Source: a virus
Length of the DNA: 64,000 nucleotides
Reading direction: 5' to 3' (one strand)
IMG/VR virus record: IMGVR_UViG_3300046512_000087
Span: 29,404 to 93,403 of that record
The translations under genes and the position numbers were made by a program. This document shows, piece by piece, positions 27,268 to 37,205 of this stretch. The stretch's first letter is position 1. Each line of letters begins with the position of its first letter. The notes under the pieces were generated by a model. That model worked only from the letters and a program-made list of their open reading frames with translations, was not told the origin of the DNA and made no database searches.

Positions 27268-29336
27268 GATAGTACCTTCGCTTTGATATAAGCCTGCGTG
27301 TTTACGTTAACCGTAACTTCTGGAGTTACGAATTGAGTGGCTACGTCATACGGAACCCGTAAGAAGGTAGCGGCAATGGCAGTACCGTACGCCAGCTCTA
27401 CAAAAACCCCGGCGCCATACGCACCGACCTGCCAAGGAGCAGCCACGGGCAGCACTCGCTGTAACCAGGTCGCCCCATCTACCGAAGTTGCCGCCACGGC
27501 AGTACCATTGACTGCTGCGACAAATACACCATTACCAAACGCAAGGGTATACCAGTCGTCGCTAACCGGCATAGTCGCCCTGTTCCAGCCTCCTGTGCCG
27601 GACGATGAGTAATAAACGCCATCTGTGTACTCGCAGGTTACGACAAATACACCATTGCCATAGGCGATGGAAAGGATGGTATCCCCGGCAGTACCAGAGA
27701 TAGTCCGCTGCGTCCAAGTTATCCCGTCTGGAGAAGTTAAATAGAGGGGTACTCCGTAGGCTATCGCTACAAATAAGCCGTTACCGAAGATAACCTGAGT
27801 CCAGGAATAGACGGGTGTGGGAAGGGTGCGCTGCACCCATGTAATGCCATCCGTGGACGTAGCCGCAATAGTGGAGTCTTGGGCAATGGCTACAAACGTT
27901 CCGTTACCGTACGTGACAGATTTCCAAGTAGTCGTAGTTGGCAGAGTGCGTTGTGTCCAGGACGCCCCAAGGTTTGTGGAGGTGGCAGCAATAGCCGAGC
28001 CCGAGGCTACTGCAACAAAGACCCCAGCACCATACGCAATGGCTGCCCAGTTCGCGGAAACAGGAAGCGCTCGTTGCACCCACGCGCTGCCGTCTTGGGA
28101 GGTGGCAGCGATAGCCGAGCCGTACGCAATAGCTACAAACGACCCGGCATTAGAGGTTGACCTGCCATAGGTAGCGGCAATCCAATTTGCGCTAACTGGC
28201 AGCGCGCGCTGGGTAGTTAATGAATTGTACAGAATGCCTAGTACAGAAAATAACTCGGGGTAGCTACTCTGCAAGTACACAGTGTTGGCGGGCAGGTACT
28301 CAAGATTGGGTACGATGTCCAGCGTGATGCAGTTGCCAGGGGCGTTACTGTTGGTGCTGACCACTAAGAAAGTAGCGCCGCCGAATACGATAACACCCGT
28401 GTTATTCGCAGTAGGCATAGCCACGGATACCCAATTTACCCCGTCCGAGGTCATGGCTGTATTACCGCCAGTTTGGCTGGACGTCAGAAACACACCCCCG
28501 CCAAAGGCTATCTTATACCAACTGGACTGTATGGGCAGCACACGCTGTACCCAACTAATACCGTCAGTAGATGAAGCTACGATAGTCGAGCCCGAGGCTA
28601 CCGCCATAAACAGACCATTACCATAGGCTACAGCAGACCAAGCCGCAGACAGGGGCATACTTTGCTGCACCCAGGTGATTCCGTCTACAGAGGTGTACGA
28701 GACCGCGCTATTGGCAAGAATTGCCAGGAATTTCCCCCCACCGTACGTAATAGCTGCAATGCTGATGCTCGCTGGGAAGGCTCTTTGCACCCAAGTAATG
28801 CCGTCCGTAGAGGTAGCAAAAACAGTAGATGAGGTGTTATATGCCGAGGGGGTCGCTACAAACAGGCCCCCACCGTACACCAAGGTCGCCCAATATTGAG
28901 TAGATGGAAGGGTGCGCTGTACCCAAGTGATGCCATCCGTGGACGTAGCCGCTACGGCTGTATTGTTGCTAAGGGAGACAAAGACCCCTGCTCCGTACGC
29001 GATACAGGCCCACACACCAGACACTGGTAGTGCTTGTTGGGTCCACGTTAGTCCGTCCACAGAGCGTAAAGCTGTCGTGCTAGCGGTTCCAACTGTCAAG
29101 ACGTATGCCCCTGCGCCGTACGCCCCTCCTGTCCAGGCTGCACCAAGCCCGGTGGTTCTTGCTGTCGCTTTAAGCTGGGACGGTAGCTTACGAGTGGTGA
29201 GCAGAATATCGCCAATGGCTTGTCCCCCCGAAACTACGGGCACCCAACTATTGGCCGCGACACTCCAGGCGTACTGCTTTGTGGTATCTGCTGGCAGGTT
29301 CGCAAGGTTAGCCAGATTTCGTGATTGTCCAGGCAT
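27264..29336 (-). CDS. tail fibre / receptor-binding protein with beta-propeller-like repeats
   Basis: More than ten ~38-aa repeats TS.DGITWVQR.LP...W..IAYG.G.FVA; collar-like YPELF motif. Confidence 0.8.
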   Translation of the reverse strand: MPGQSRNLANLANLPADTTKQYAWSVAANSWVPVVSGGQAIGDILLTTRKLPSQLKATARTTGLGAAWTGGAYGAGAYVLTVGTASTTALRSVDGLTWTQQALPVSGVWACIAYGAGVFVSLSNNTAVAATSTDGITWVQRTLPSTQYWATLVYGGGLFVATPSAYNTSSTVFATSTDGITWVQRAFPASISIAAITYGGGKFLAILANSAVSYTSVDGITWVQQSMPLSAAWSAVAYGNGLFMAVASGSTIVASSTDGISWVQRVLPIQSSWYKIAFGGGVFLTSSQTGGNTAMTSDGVNWVSVAMPTANNTGVIVFGGATFLVVSTNSNAPGNCITLDIVPNLEYLPANTVYLQSSYPELFSVLGILYNSLTTQRALPVSANWIAATYGRSTSNAGSFVAIAYGSAIAATSQDGSAWVQRALPVSANWAAIAYGAGVFVAVASGSAIAATSTNLGASWTQRTLPTTTTWKSVTYGNGTFVAIAQDSTIAATSTDGITWVQRTLPTPVYSWTQVIFGNGLFVAIAYGVPLYLTSPDGITWTQRTISGTAGDTILSIAYGNGVFVVTCEYTDGVYYSSSGTGGWNRATMPVSDDWYTLAFGNGVFVAAVNGTAVAATSVDGATWLQRVLPVAAPWQVGAYGAGVFVELAYGTAIAATFLRVPYDVATQFVTPEVTVNVNTQAYIKAKVLS

Positions 29337-29380
29337 GTCTTTCTCCGAAAGCGGTTTTGCAATTGATTGCAGGAATCTGG

Positions 29381-31702
29381 TTACAGCTTGGCCCGGATAT
29401 AGGCGTTGAGGCCCTTGGTAGCTTTCACTGCCGGTGTCTTGAACTGCGTGGACGTGGTGTAGTTTGTGCTACGAGTCAGGCGGTAGTACACGGCAGTGTC
29501 AGCAGTAGTCTTGTCGTTACGCGCAATGCAGTTACCATCGGAATCAAACGTGTGCGAGATAGGGAACATCGCCCCGTAAGTGGTAACTCGGCTGCCTGTC
29601 CAGGTCTCGCCCTTGTCATAACTGACCCGGAGGTACGGGCCGGTGTAGATGACTATGGTGCCTTCGGGGGTGATGACGATGCTGTGACCGCCCCCGCGAG
29701 AGCCCTCCAGGTTGAGGGACTTCCAATTGATACCAGCATCGGTAGTGAGAAGTGTGCCAAGTCCTGGGCACACTGCGATAGTCATGCCTTGAGCGCTGTA
29801 CACCGTGGTTGCTGGCGCTGCACAGGAAATAGTCATGGTCCAACTGGTGCCGTTATCGTACGAGCCGCCAATGCCTGCAAAGCTCGGAGACACAGTAAAC
29901 CACGCGGAGATTCCGTCAGAGACGATCAAGTCTACGGGAACACCACCCGGTGTAGCGCCTACCGCAGTCCAGGTCGCGCCATTATCAGTGGAGCGATACC
30001 CTTGGCCGCCCGTGTCGCTACAGGCTACCCATACGCCCTTCTTGTCCGTATCGATGGCCCGGCAGGGTGCAAAAGTAGTAGGGTAGATGGCGGTAAAAGT
30101 AACTCCGTTATCGGTACTGCGATACACCCGAGCCCCGCCCGGAACCGTAACAACCCACACCCCTGCGCCATCAGTGGCTACTTGACCAAGGGCTGGTATC
30201 CCGGTGCCAGTGAGGGTGGCGATGTTGGTCCAAGTAACCCCGCCATCCGTGCTACGCCTCCCCACGCCCAAACCTGAACTCGTCGTGGTTCCTACAGCAA
30301 CCAGCACTTTGCTTTGCCCGGAGGCCATGGAATTTACGCCAGACTGGGTAGCTGTAGCCCAGGGAGTAATCGTAGTCCGCGCTGCATACTCGGCATTCGC
30401 TTCGATGTTGCCGACGATTGCAAAAAGTTCTGGGTAGGCAGCCTGGGTGTAAACCGTGCTCGGCAATACGTGGTTGGTCGGCGTAGTAGGGGAGGCGCTA
30501 TACAGCACATCGCCAATGGCTGCGGAAGACCCGGCTGTAGCGAAGGTCCCATCACCTCTCAAGAACTTAACCTGATCTCCCGCCACGGGGGTGGGCACAA
30601 GACCAGCCACACCGGCAGCACTGGCAGACGATCCGACCATCGCTGTAGCCAGCATAGACAACGTGGTGAAGGACATCACCGTCATCTTGTCAGCCAGCGA
30701 AGTTGATGCCGTGGTAAGGACAACTGTCGTGCCGTTGGTGGCCGTGTACTCGGATTTTTCCAGCAGGGCGCCAGACAACCAGACAATTGGGCTGGCTGTC
30801 CCAACAATATAACCCCCTGGGATGGTGAAGCTGGTCTGGCTGGCAGCAGTGGCCTGTACCTCAACCACACTCACGGCAGTAGAAGACGGGCTACCGGCTT
30901 TCTGGTAGTTGAACAGCCGCCATACGTTGGAACCCAAGTACACAGCCTCTACGGTGTCTCCCGAGGCGGTAGTGAGGGCGGCATTGCCTGGGACAAGCAG
31001 GGTGGAACTCGGTGTCAGGGCATATGCACCCTGGAAAATCAGCAGGCGGCGGATGCCGGTAGTGGGTGGCACGGCCATAGAACTGAACACGCCCCCGGCA
31101 CCGCTGGCATGAGAAACCAAAACCGTGTTGGCCAGGGTGTTGTAGCCAAGAACTCCGCTGGCGTCTACAGACAGGCCTACGGGTGGAGCCTCACCCAACG
31201 CAGAGGTCAGAGTACCCCCGGCAAACCCGATGATGCCTGTACCGTCAGCATGGATCGCCCCATCTACCTTCCACACTCCTGAGCCCAGGGAATGGAGGAT
31301 CACAGAGGCTCCAGCCAAGCACTGAAAGTCAATGGAGCCTGGGATGACGATGTTGGCGCTACTGGTCAACACCCGAGCAGAGCCCGCTCCAGTGAATTGA
31401 AGAATTCGGGTAGTGCCTTCCGGCATGGTCCCGAAAGAGGCAATGGCTACGTTGCCCGACAGACTCACCACGTTGGTGGTAGTGGTGCTCAGGTCTACGG
31501 CGCCCCCGGCAGGGATGGTAAGCACGGTGATCCCGTACCCAGCCAGATTTGCCAGCTTTGTCTTTTCAGTGGTCGTGTAGTCATTGGAAGACAGGCCGAA
31601 GCCTGTCGCCTTGTCCACTTTCCCGCTGAGCCCTGAAAGCAGGGACTTGATGTCTGCCCCAACGGACTGAGCCAGCGCAGTAACTCGGGTCGTCAGGCTC
31701 AT
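29381..31702 (-). CDS. tail fibre protein with Asp-box (BNR) repeats
   Basis: GLSSNDYTT.EK.KL, FLRGDGT, YPELF, repeated YRSTDNG.TW. Confidence 0.8.
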   Translation of the reverse strand: MSLTTRVTALAQSVGADIKSLLSGLSGKVDKATGFGLSSNDYTTTEKTKLANLAGYGITVLTIPAGGAVDLSTTTTNVVSLSGNVAIASFGTMPEGTTRILQFTGAGSARVLTSSANIVIPGSIDFQCLAGASVILHSLGSGVWKVDGAIHADGTGIIGFAGGTLTSALGEAPPVGLSVDASGVLGYNTLANTVLVSHASGAGGVFSSMAVPPTTGIRRLLIFQGAYALTPSSTLLVPGNAALTTASGDTVEAVYLGSNVWRLFNYQKAGSPSSTAVSVVEVQATAASQTSFTIPGGYIVGTASPIVWLSGALLEKSEYTATNGTTVVLTTASTSLADKMTVMSFTTLSMLATAMVGSSASAAGVAGLVPTPVAGDQVKFLRGDGTFATAGSSAAIGDVLYSASPTTPTNHVLPSTVYTQAAYPELFAIVGNIEANAEYAARTTITPWATATQSGVNSMASGQSKVLVAVGTTTSSGLGVGRRSTDGGVTWTNIATLTGTGIPALGQVATDGAGVWVVTVPGGARVYRSTDNGVTFTAIYPTTFAPCRAIDTDKKGVWVACSDTGGQGYRSTDNGATWTAVGATPGGVPVDLIVSDGISAWFTVSPSFAGIGGSYDNGTSWTMTISCAAPATTVYSAQGMTIAVCPGLGTLLTTDAGINWKSLNLEGSRGGGHSIVITPEGTIVIYTGPYLRVSYDKGETWTGSRVTTYGAMFPISHTFDSDGNCIARNDKTTADTAVYYRLTRSTNYTTSTQFKTPAVKATKGLNAYIRAKL

Positions 31703-31705
31703 GGG

Positions 31706-32260
31706 TTACGCCTTAGCAGCAGTGTAATCGGCCACGAAGTCGTGGTTGGTGTCGCCAACAGCAGCAGTGATTGCCGAAGTAACGTCGGCTGTAGCCACGG
31801 CGTCGATGTTGGAGCGAGCCTGGAGCTTCTGGGCAGAAGTCAGGGTCTGCACGTCATCGAAACGTACGCGGTTGTTGATCGCCGAAGCCAGGGTAGCAAG
31901 CTGGGCAGCATCACCCTCCAGCAGGTCCTGGAGTTCTTTCAACGTGTCGTAAGCCGCCGACGCGCCACCCAGAATAGCCGTTTGGATTTCAGTCTTGGCC
32001 AGGGCAATCGAGTCGAAGATCTTGTCGGCAGACCAAGTGACGAGAGTGTCACCGTTACCTGCGTTGTCATTGATCTGGGCACCCGCGCCACCAATGGCTG
32101 CGTACACCTCGTTCAAAGCCGCTACGAGGTTGCCCTTCGCAGTAGTGTTGAGCGCAGTAGTGTCACCGATCTTGTTGATCAGGTTCTTTACATCGCCGCC
32201 GACAGCCTGGGCCAACAGCGTAATTTTAGCGTCCATAGACATGGTTTTATCCTCGGGCAA
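31706..32260 (-). CDS. tail fibre-associated structural protein
   Basis: LNTTAKGNLVAALNE, TWSADKI, AYDTLKEL, QARSNI motifs. Confidence 0.7.
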   Translation of the reverse strand: MPEDKTMSMDAKITLLAQAVGGDVKNLINKIGDTTALNTTAKGNLVAALNEVYAAIGGAGAQINDNAGNGDTLVTWSADKIFDSIALAKTEIQTAILGGASAAYDTLKELQDLLEGDAAQLATLASAINNRVRFDDVQTLTSAQKLQARSNIDAVATADVTSAITAAVGDTNHDFVADYTAAKA

Positions 32261-32483
32261 GTAGGTAGGTCATCAGTGGATCGGGGGCAAATGTGTTGCT
32301 TACATACAGACCGCCATCCGTGCCTTCTTCCAGGCGATTATCTTCGTCCTGGCTGATGAACACGTTAGACAGAGGGGGTGGGGTTCCGACAAAGCCGCCT
32401 GTAAACGAGGTTTCAGACACCCCGCCATTGACCACAGTCACACAGGACAGCCCGCCGTGGATGAACCGGGTCTCTACCTTCAT
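32247..32483 (-). CDS. small tail-associated protein
   Basis: ISQDEDNRLEEGTDGGLYV motif; operon packing. Confidence 0.6.
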   Translation of the reverse strand: MKVETRFIHGGLSCVTVVNGGVSETSFTGGFVGTPPPLSNVFISQDEDNRLEEGTDGGLYVSNTFAPDPLMTYLLARG

Positions 32484-32815
32484 TTGGTCACCTCTGCTAC
32501 GCAGTGAAAGGTAACGGTTTCAGTAGAAACGATCTGGCCCACGGTGTTGGTGTACTCGACGTCGAAGCACAGGTCTCCCAACGGCCACAGCGCGGTGCTG
32601 GGCGCACTGGTCAGAACATACAGGCCCATGAACTCTTCACTTTTGGTCACGGTCAGCGTTTCTACCAGGAGATCCTTCTTACGGACCTGGGCGCGGATAG
32701 ACCAACCTTGGAGTTCTTGCAGTTTCCCGTCCACGCGAACTTCCCCGGTGAGTACCAGGGTATTTCCGCGCTTGTGGGTGAGTGAGGCAGTCATGGTGGC
32801 GTCCCGGCAATTCAA
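32480..32815 (-). CDS. BppU-like baseplate/fibre adaptor
   Basis: KRGNT, L.GWSIRAQVR, TALWP..L.FDV, TETV..VT. Confidence 0.6.
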   Translation of the reverse strand: MNCRDATMTASLTHKRGNTLVLTGEVRVDGKLQELQGWSIRAQVRKKDLLVETLTVTKSEEFMGLYVLTSAPSTALWPLGDLCFDVEYTNTVGQIVSTETVTFHCVAEVTK

Positions 32816-33048
32816 CTCAGCAGAGTCTAATCAGGCCGGGGCCACCGTGCAATTGATTGCAGGAGGGAGTTACAGTTGCTCTTTGCAGAAGTAAACGATT
32901 TTGGCGCGGGGCTTATCTTTTATCAGCTTCTCCACATACCGGTCTTTAGCCTTGCCACATAGTTCTTCCGTGGCCCAATACTGCTTCTTCACCGTACATT
33001 GTGGTTCCATGTAGGCGAGACAGGTCCAGACAATAAAAGCCCAATGCA

Positions 33049-33750
33049 TTACTGCTCTCCGTTCAGTTTACTGATTTCCTGCAAGCGTTGCAGCCATACC
33101 GGTGGGGAGGTATGGCGGTACAGCTTGTCGCCGCGCTTCAATGGACTGCCGTCCTCGCCGTAGATGAATTCGGCAAACAGACCTTCGTCACCCTCATTGA
33201 TTATCGCCACCGGCTCGCCACTACGCTCAGCCATCGCATATTCGAGCGCCTGTATCCGCTCCAATTGCTGCTGATTGATGATGTACCGTGTCGGCTCGCC
33301 ATCTTCATTGACGGGCTCACTGATGGTGATTTCGTTCGACAGCGTGTGCTCGGCGTTACCGTTGTACCAGCGAGGTACTGCGGGCTCAGGAGTGGATGTA
33401 CTTTCTACCAACACGAAGTCATCGGTGTAGTCCATGCAGTTGCAGTCAACTACGTTCGTTTCGCCTACTGACTCGCACTGGCAGAACAGCGCCGTCAGTT
33501 TCTCGAACAATTCGTCACTCATGGCAGTAGCTACTTCAGCTTTTGTCAGCGTAACGGTTCGGCGCTCTTTGTCTTGTGGGTGTTCGAACTCGAACGAAAG
33601 CGTTTCTGCGGGCTCTGGCGTGGCGGCGAGCGCTGGCGCTTTAAAGGTGTTCAGCTCTGCTACCAGGGCCCGTAGCTCGCCAACCGTTACCTGGAGGTTG
33701 CAGTCAAAACCGACCTTGTAGGTGTCATGCAATTCTGGAGGGATTTTCAT
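33049..33750 (-). CDS. hypothetical mosaic phage protein
   Basis: 233 aa ORF. Confidence 0.65.
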   Translation of the reverse strand: MKIPPELHDTYKVGFDCNLQVTVGELRALVAELNTFKAPALAATPEPAETLSFEFEHPQDKERRTVTLTKAEVATAMSDELFEKLTALFCQCESVGETNVVDCNCMDYTDDFVLVESTSTPEPAVPRWYNGNAEHTLSNEITISEPVNEDGEPTRYIINQQQLERIQALEYAMAERSGEPVAIINEGDEGLFAEFIYGEDGSPLKRGDKLYRHTSPPVWLQRLQEISKLNGEQ

Positions 33751-33751
33751 A

Positions 33752-34858
33752 TCAGTTCCCCGGAGCCTTGGGCTTCAGCATGAAGTGGGTGGGGTTGATG
33801 GTCTTGGTCTCCCACTCGTCGTTGTAACCATTCCACACCGCACCTTGCCAGCCGATGTCGTCAACCCAATGCCCTTCGACCACGCCTTCGGGATTGAAGT
33901 CTGGACATACCAGTTCTGGTCCGTACAGGAACATGCCTGGGATGTACTTGTCTTTGATGTCGGCAATGGGTAGCCATACCAGGGCCGGGTGCTTACCCTC
34001 TTTGACCACCCGGTAGACCCGTTGTACGTCCCAGATCTTACGTCCAAAGGTATCTGGATGCCCCCAGTCGGCTGTGCGGAAATCCTGGTAGTTCTTGTCA
34101 ATCCCGTTGTCATGCTCAAAGTCATGACGGTACGAGTAGCCAAACAACTCGAAGTTACCCTGGCCAGCCTCAACCGAGATCGAAGGGTCGAGAGCCATCT
34201 TGCACTCAATTGCAATCAGATCGGCCAGGGCCTTACGCGGGTCTCGTTCGTGGTTGATGGTCAGGCTATGGTTGATCACCAGGGCATCCAGCACCGCTTC
34301 TTTCCAGCCCTGGGCTTCCTTCAGCTGGTTGAGTGCATCTTGCAGGTTGGCTGTAACTGCCTTGTGCAACTTGATGATGTCTTTGGCTAGAAGCACCCCT
34401 GCCTTGTCGTAGTCCACCCGGGCATCACTGTCTGTCAGGCGTCCGGCTTCCCACACCGTTTCGTGGTACTTGGACAACAGGACTTCGAGGTCCAGGCTCT
34501 CTGCCGGGTTACGGCCAATGCTGGCGCCCAAGAGGTGGATCATCATGGCGAAGTTGGCCACGTCCACCGGGTCACCCTTGTCCATGTGTTCCCACAGCAT
34601 TTTGGACAGGTCTTCTGGATCACAGTCTTCCCAGCCACCACGACCCTTACGGCGGGATACCTCCAGCTTGGCCTTCATGACGTGGGCAAAGGAATCCACG
34701 GCCTTGTCATCGGAGTGCTGGACATTCACCAGCTCTTCGATAAGCACCAACACGGACTGGGTACGGATGTAACGGTGCATGGCACCCATGTACTCTTCTT
34801 GCCGGGAGGGCAAACCAGAGACGGTATCGCGTAATTCGCTCAAGGTTCTGATAGGCAT
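33752..34858 (-). CDS. multidomain hypothetical phage protein
   Basis: 368 aa; KGRGGW..C...KGDPVDVANFAMM segment and C-terminal PTHFM (DUF551-like). Confidence 0.7.
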   Translation of the reverse strand: MPIRTLSELRDTVSGLPSRQEEYMGAMHRYIRTQSVLVLIEELVNVQHSDDKAVDSFAHVMKAKLEVSRRKGRGGWEDCDPEDLSKMLWEHMDKGDPVDVANFAMMIHLLGASIGRNPAESLDLEVLLSKYHETVWEAGRLTDSDARVDYDKAGVLLAKDIIKLHKAVTANLQDALNQLKEAQGWKEAVLDALVINHSLTINHERDPRKALADLIAIECKMALDPSISVEAGQGNFELFGYSYRHDFEHDNGIDKNYQDFRTADWGHPDTFGRKIWDVQRVYRVVKEGKHPALVWLPIADIKDKYIPGMFLYGPELVCPDFNPEGVVEGHWVDDIGWQGAVWNGYNDEWETKTINPTHFMLKPKAPGN

Positions 34859-34891
34859 ACATCACTCCATTGGAATTTAGGTGTAGTGAGT

Positions 34892-34919
34892 ATCGTACCT
34901 CACTACCCTGGTTTGTCAA
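34892..34919 (-). promoter_or_regulatory. sigma70-like promoter with palindrome upstream
   Basis: TTGACA-16bp-TACGAT; palindrome at 34924. Confidence 0.7.
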
Positions 34920-35200
34920 ACCTTGCAATCAATTGCAAAGTCTTGGGTGGCTGTGTATTCGGAGCGGCGCCAGGATCGAGTGCCAACGAGCTGGTAGGAG
35001 AACACTGCTACTTCAGTCATTGATACGAACTGGTCCTTTACCTTCATCTGGTCGCTCAGGATCTGGTCGGCAATCAGACCTTGGATATTTTCCACATCAG
35101 CCCGGTCTGCAATGGGGCGGCTGGCAACAATGAACTCGGTGCCGTTGCCCTGGCTGGAAAAGAACCCAACCAGATACAGGTACTTGCGACGCGCAGCCAT
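34916..35200 (-). CDS. hypothetical protein
   Basis: 94 aa, TAATG overlap with dUTPase. Confidence 0.5.
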   Translation of the reverse strand: MAARRKYLYLVGFFSSQGNGTEFIVASRPIADRADVENIQGLIADQILSDQMKVKDQFVSMTEVAVFSYQLVGTRSWRRSEYTATQDFAIDCKV

Positions 35201-35670
35201 TACGCCATGCCCCTGAGTTCGGTACTACCAAAGCCTTGCTCGCCACGCTCGGTATCAGAGAGTTCGTCCACCAGCAGGAACTGGACTTGTTCCACCGGCA
35301 GTACCAGGGCCTGGGCAATTTTGTCTCCGGCTTTCACTACCAGAGGCCCGTCGTCATCCCGGGTGAGCTTGACCTTGAGCTGGCCACGGTAATCCGAGTC
35401 GATGATACCCACGCAGTTGGCGAGACGGGTATTGGACTTGAAGCCCTGGCCGCTACGGCTAAACACCAGCATGGCGAAGCCTTCCGGCACTTCAAAGGCC
35501 AAGCCCGTATCCACAGCCAGCGTGCCGATCCCGGAATGGCGGTCACCTTCGTCCGTTGGAACAGACAAATCGAAACAGGCCGAGCCCGGCGTCGAGTAGG
35601 TTGGCGTCACCGCGTCTTCACGCAACTTCTTCATCTTCACTTGCATACAGCTCTCCTGGTTTGCAATCAA
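35200..35670 (-). CDS. dut: dUTP diphosphatase (trimeric)
   Basis: SACFDL, SRSG, GIIDSDYRG, KIAQ, RGEQGFGST; true start probably MQVK. Confidence 0.95.
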   Translation of the reverse strand: MIANQESCMQVKMKKLREDAVTPTYSTPGSACFDLSVPTDEGDRHSGIGTLAVDTGLAFEVPEGFAMLVFSRSGQGFKSNTRLANCVGIIDSDYRGQLKVKLTRDDDGPLVVKAGDKIAQALVLPVEQVQFLLVDELSDTERGEQGFGSTELRGMA

Positions 35671-36044
35671 TTGCAGGGTTCGTTGGGTTCCACGCGGAAC
35701 TCGGCTTTACAGTCTGGGCACCGGGCATTCAAGAAGCCGTCCCGGGCCACCCGCATTCCATGAATCTGTTCGAAGTGCAACTTGGTGCCCTCATTGGGGC
35801 AGTTCAGCACACCGCGTTTCAGCGGTACTTCTGGGTCATGCTCAGGTTTCTCCCACGGCACCATAGATTTGTCCCAGTCTGCCTGGGTGCGGTGGTAGTG
35901 CTGGAGGGTAACGGTGTCTACATAGACGATACGGGTCTCACCACGGAGACTGGCAGCGCCCATGGAACCACATACAAGGCGGTACTTTCCGCCTTTTTCT
36001 ACATGGGTAAAGAAACGTGGCTTGCTCATGATACTTCCTTGCAA
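35667..36044 (-). CDS. hypothetical protein (DUF1653-like N-terminus, Cys motifs)
   Basis: FTHVEKGGKY...IVY; CPN..CPDC. Confidence 0.55.
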   Translation of the reverse strand: MQGSIMSKPRFFTHVEKGGKYRLVCGSMGAASLRGETRIVYVDTVTLQHYHRTQADWDKSMVPWEKPEHDPEVPLKRGVLNCPNEGTKLHFEQIHGMRVARDGFLNARCPDCKAEFRVEPNEPCN

Positions 36045-36568
36045 TTGATTGCAAACATTGGGCCCCAGCCCAAAATCATTTCGCCCTCTTCACCCACGGG
36101 CACTCCCGTGAAACTGAAGTCAGCACTGTTCACAAGCTCGCCCAGGTCACGCAGGAGGTTATGCTCCAGTCCTACGTACATGAACGAGGCTCCGTCCTCC
36201 AGCGCCTTCTCAAGGGCATACCCGGCCCATCCAGAATGGTCTGGTCGGCAGCACAGTGCCAGGGTGCCGGGCTTATAGTCCCATGACACCGCGTCGGCAA
36301 TCAGGACATGGCTCACACCGTCACGACGGCAGCTGTCTATGCCTTGTATTGTGACACCGCGCTTGATGCCGTCCAGAAACAGGTCACCGTTACCGGCGCC
36401 GATTTCCAACACACTGGTTTCATGCTTCTTCAGCAACGCGGTCAGCAGCTCCCAGAAGACTTCAGTCGGCTGGAAGAACCGCATCTTTGGCATAGCGAAG
36501 CCTTGGGCCTGCATGTTCTGCATAGCCATGCCCGTCAGGGTCGCAAAGAGATCTCGTTCCATACGCAC
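36026..36568 (-). CDS. class I SAM-dependent methyltransferase-like protein
   Basis: VLEIGAGNG motif I, QGID, IADA. Confidence 0.6.
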   Translation of the reverse strand: MRMERDLFATLTGMAMQNMQAQGFAMPKMRFFQPTEVFWELLTALLKKHETSVLEIGAGNGDLFLDGIKRGVTIQGIDSCRRDGVSHVLIADAVSWDYKPGTLALCCRPDHSGWAGYALEKALEDGASFMYVGLEHNLLRDLGELVNSADFSFTGVPVGEEGEMILGWGPMFAINCKEVS

Positions 36569-36569
36569 C

Positions 36570-37205
36570 TCAGACCAGATCGTTAAATCCGGCCACTACG
36601 AGTTCAGGGGACACGTAATCGTTGGGGTTCTTCTCCATTTCTTCCTTGGCGAAGGCCTCCATACGGTCGTTGTGTTCGGCGTCTTGTTCACCCAGGCGCA
36701 GCAGGTTCAGGTAGTCGTTGCCATAGGCCTCGAAGCTGATTTCCGTACGGATTTTACCTGTCAGCAAGTCGTTGGCCTTGAGAATCCGGCCCAGAGCCTT
36801 GATCTGCTCGGCAGTGGGCCAGCACTCGTTGCGCCCGTGGCTTACGTTGAAGCCGAACCGGCAGCTGATACGGACAAGAGGCAGCTTGTAGTTGCACTCC
36901 AATTCGAACTCCTGGTAGGCCATTACCGGGGGATTGTCACGGTTACCCGTAGGTTGGGGTGCCCCGAACGCTTTAGCCTGCTCTGGGCAGAGGATGGCGG
37001 CGATGACGCCGTGTACCGCGTACTTGTTGAGGACATACACCGTGCCGTCCGGGCCGATGACACAGCCATAGGGCATGCCGTAGAACGCATCGTCGCCGTC
37101 AGCAGGAGTTACCACCTGACTCAGGTAGTCAACTGCCATGGGCTCGGTGCTTTCTTCCAGCATGTAGCCGAATTGACGTGCACGGTCTTTAGTTACTGTT
37201 CTCAT
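36570..37205 (-). CDS. hypothetical protein
   Basis: 211 aa. Confidence 0.65.
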   Translation of the reverse strand: MRTVTKDRARQFGYMLEESTEPMAVDYLSQVVTPADGDDAFYGMPYGCVIGPDGTVYVLNKYAVHGVIAAILCPEQAKAFGAPQPTGNRDNPPVMAYQEFELECNYKLPLVRISCRFGFNVSHGRNECWPTAEQIKALGRILKANDLLTGKIRTEISFEAYGNDYLNLLRLGEQDAEHNDRMEAFAKEEMEKNPNDYVSPELVVAGFNDLV

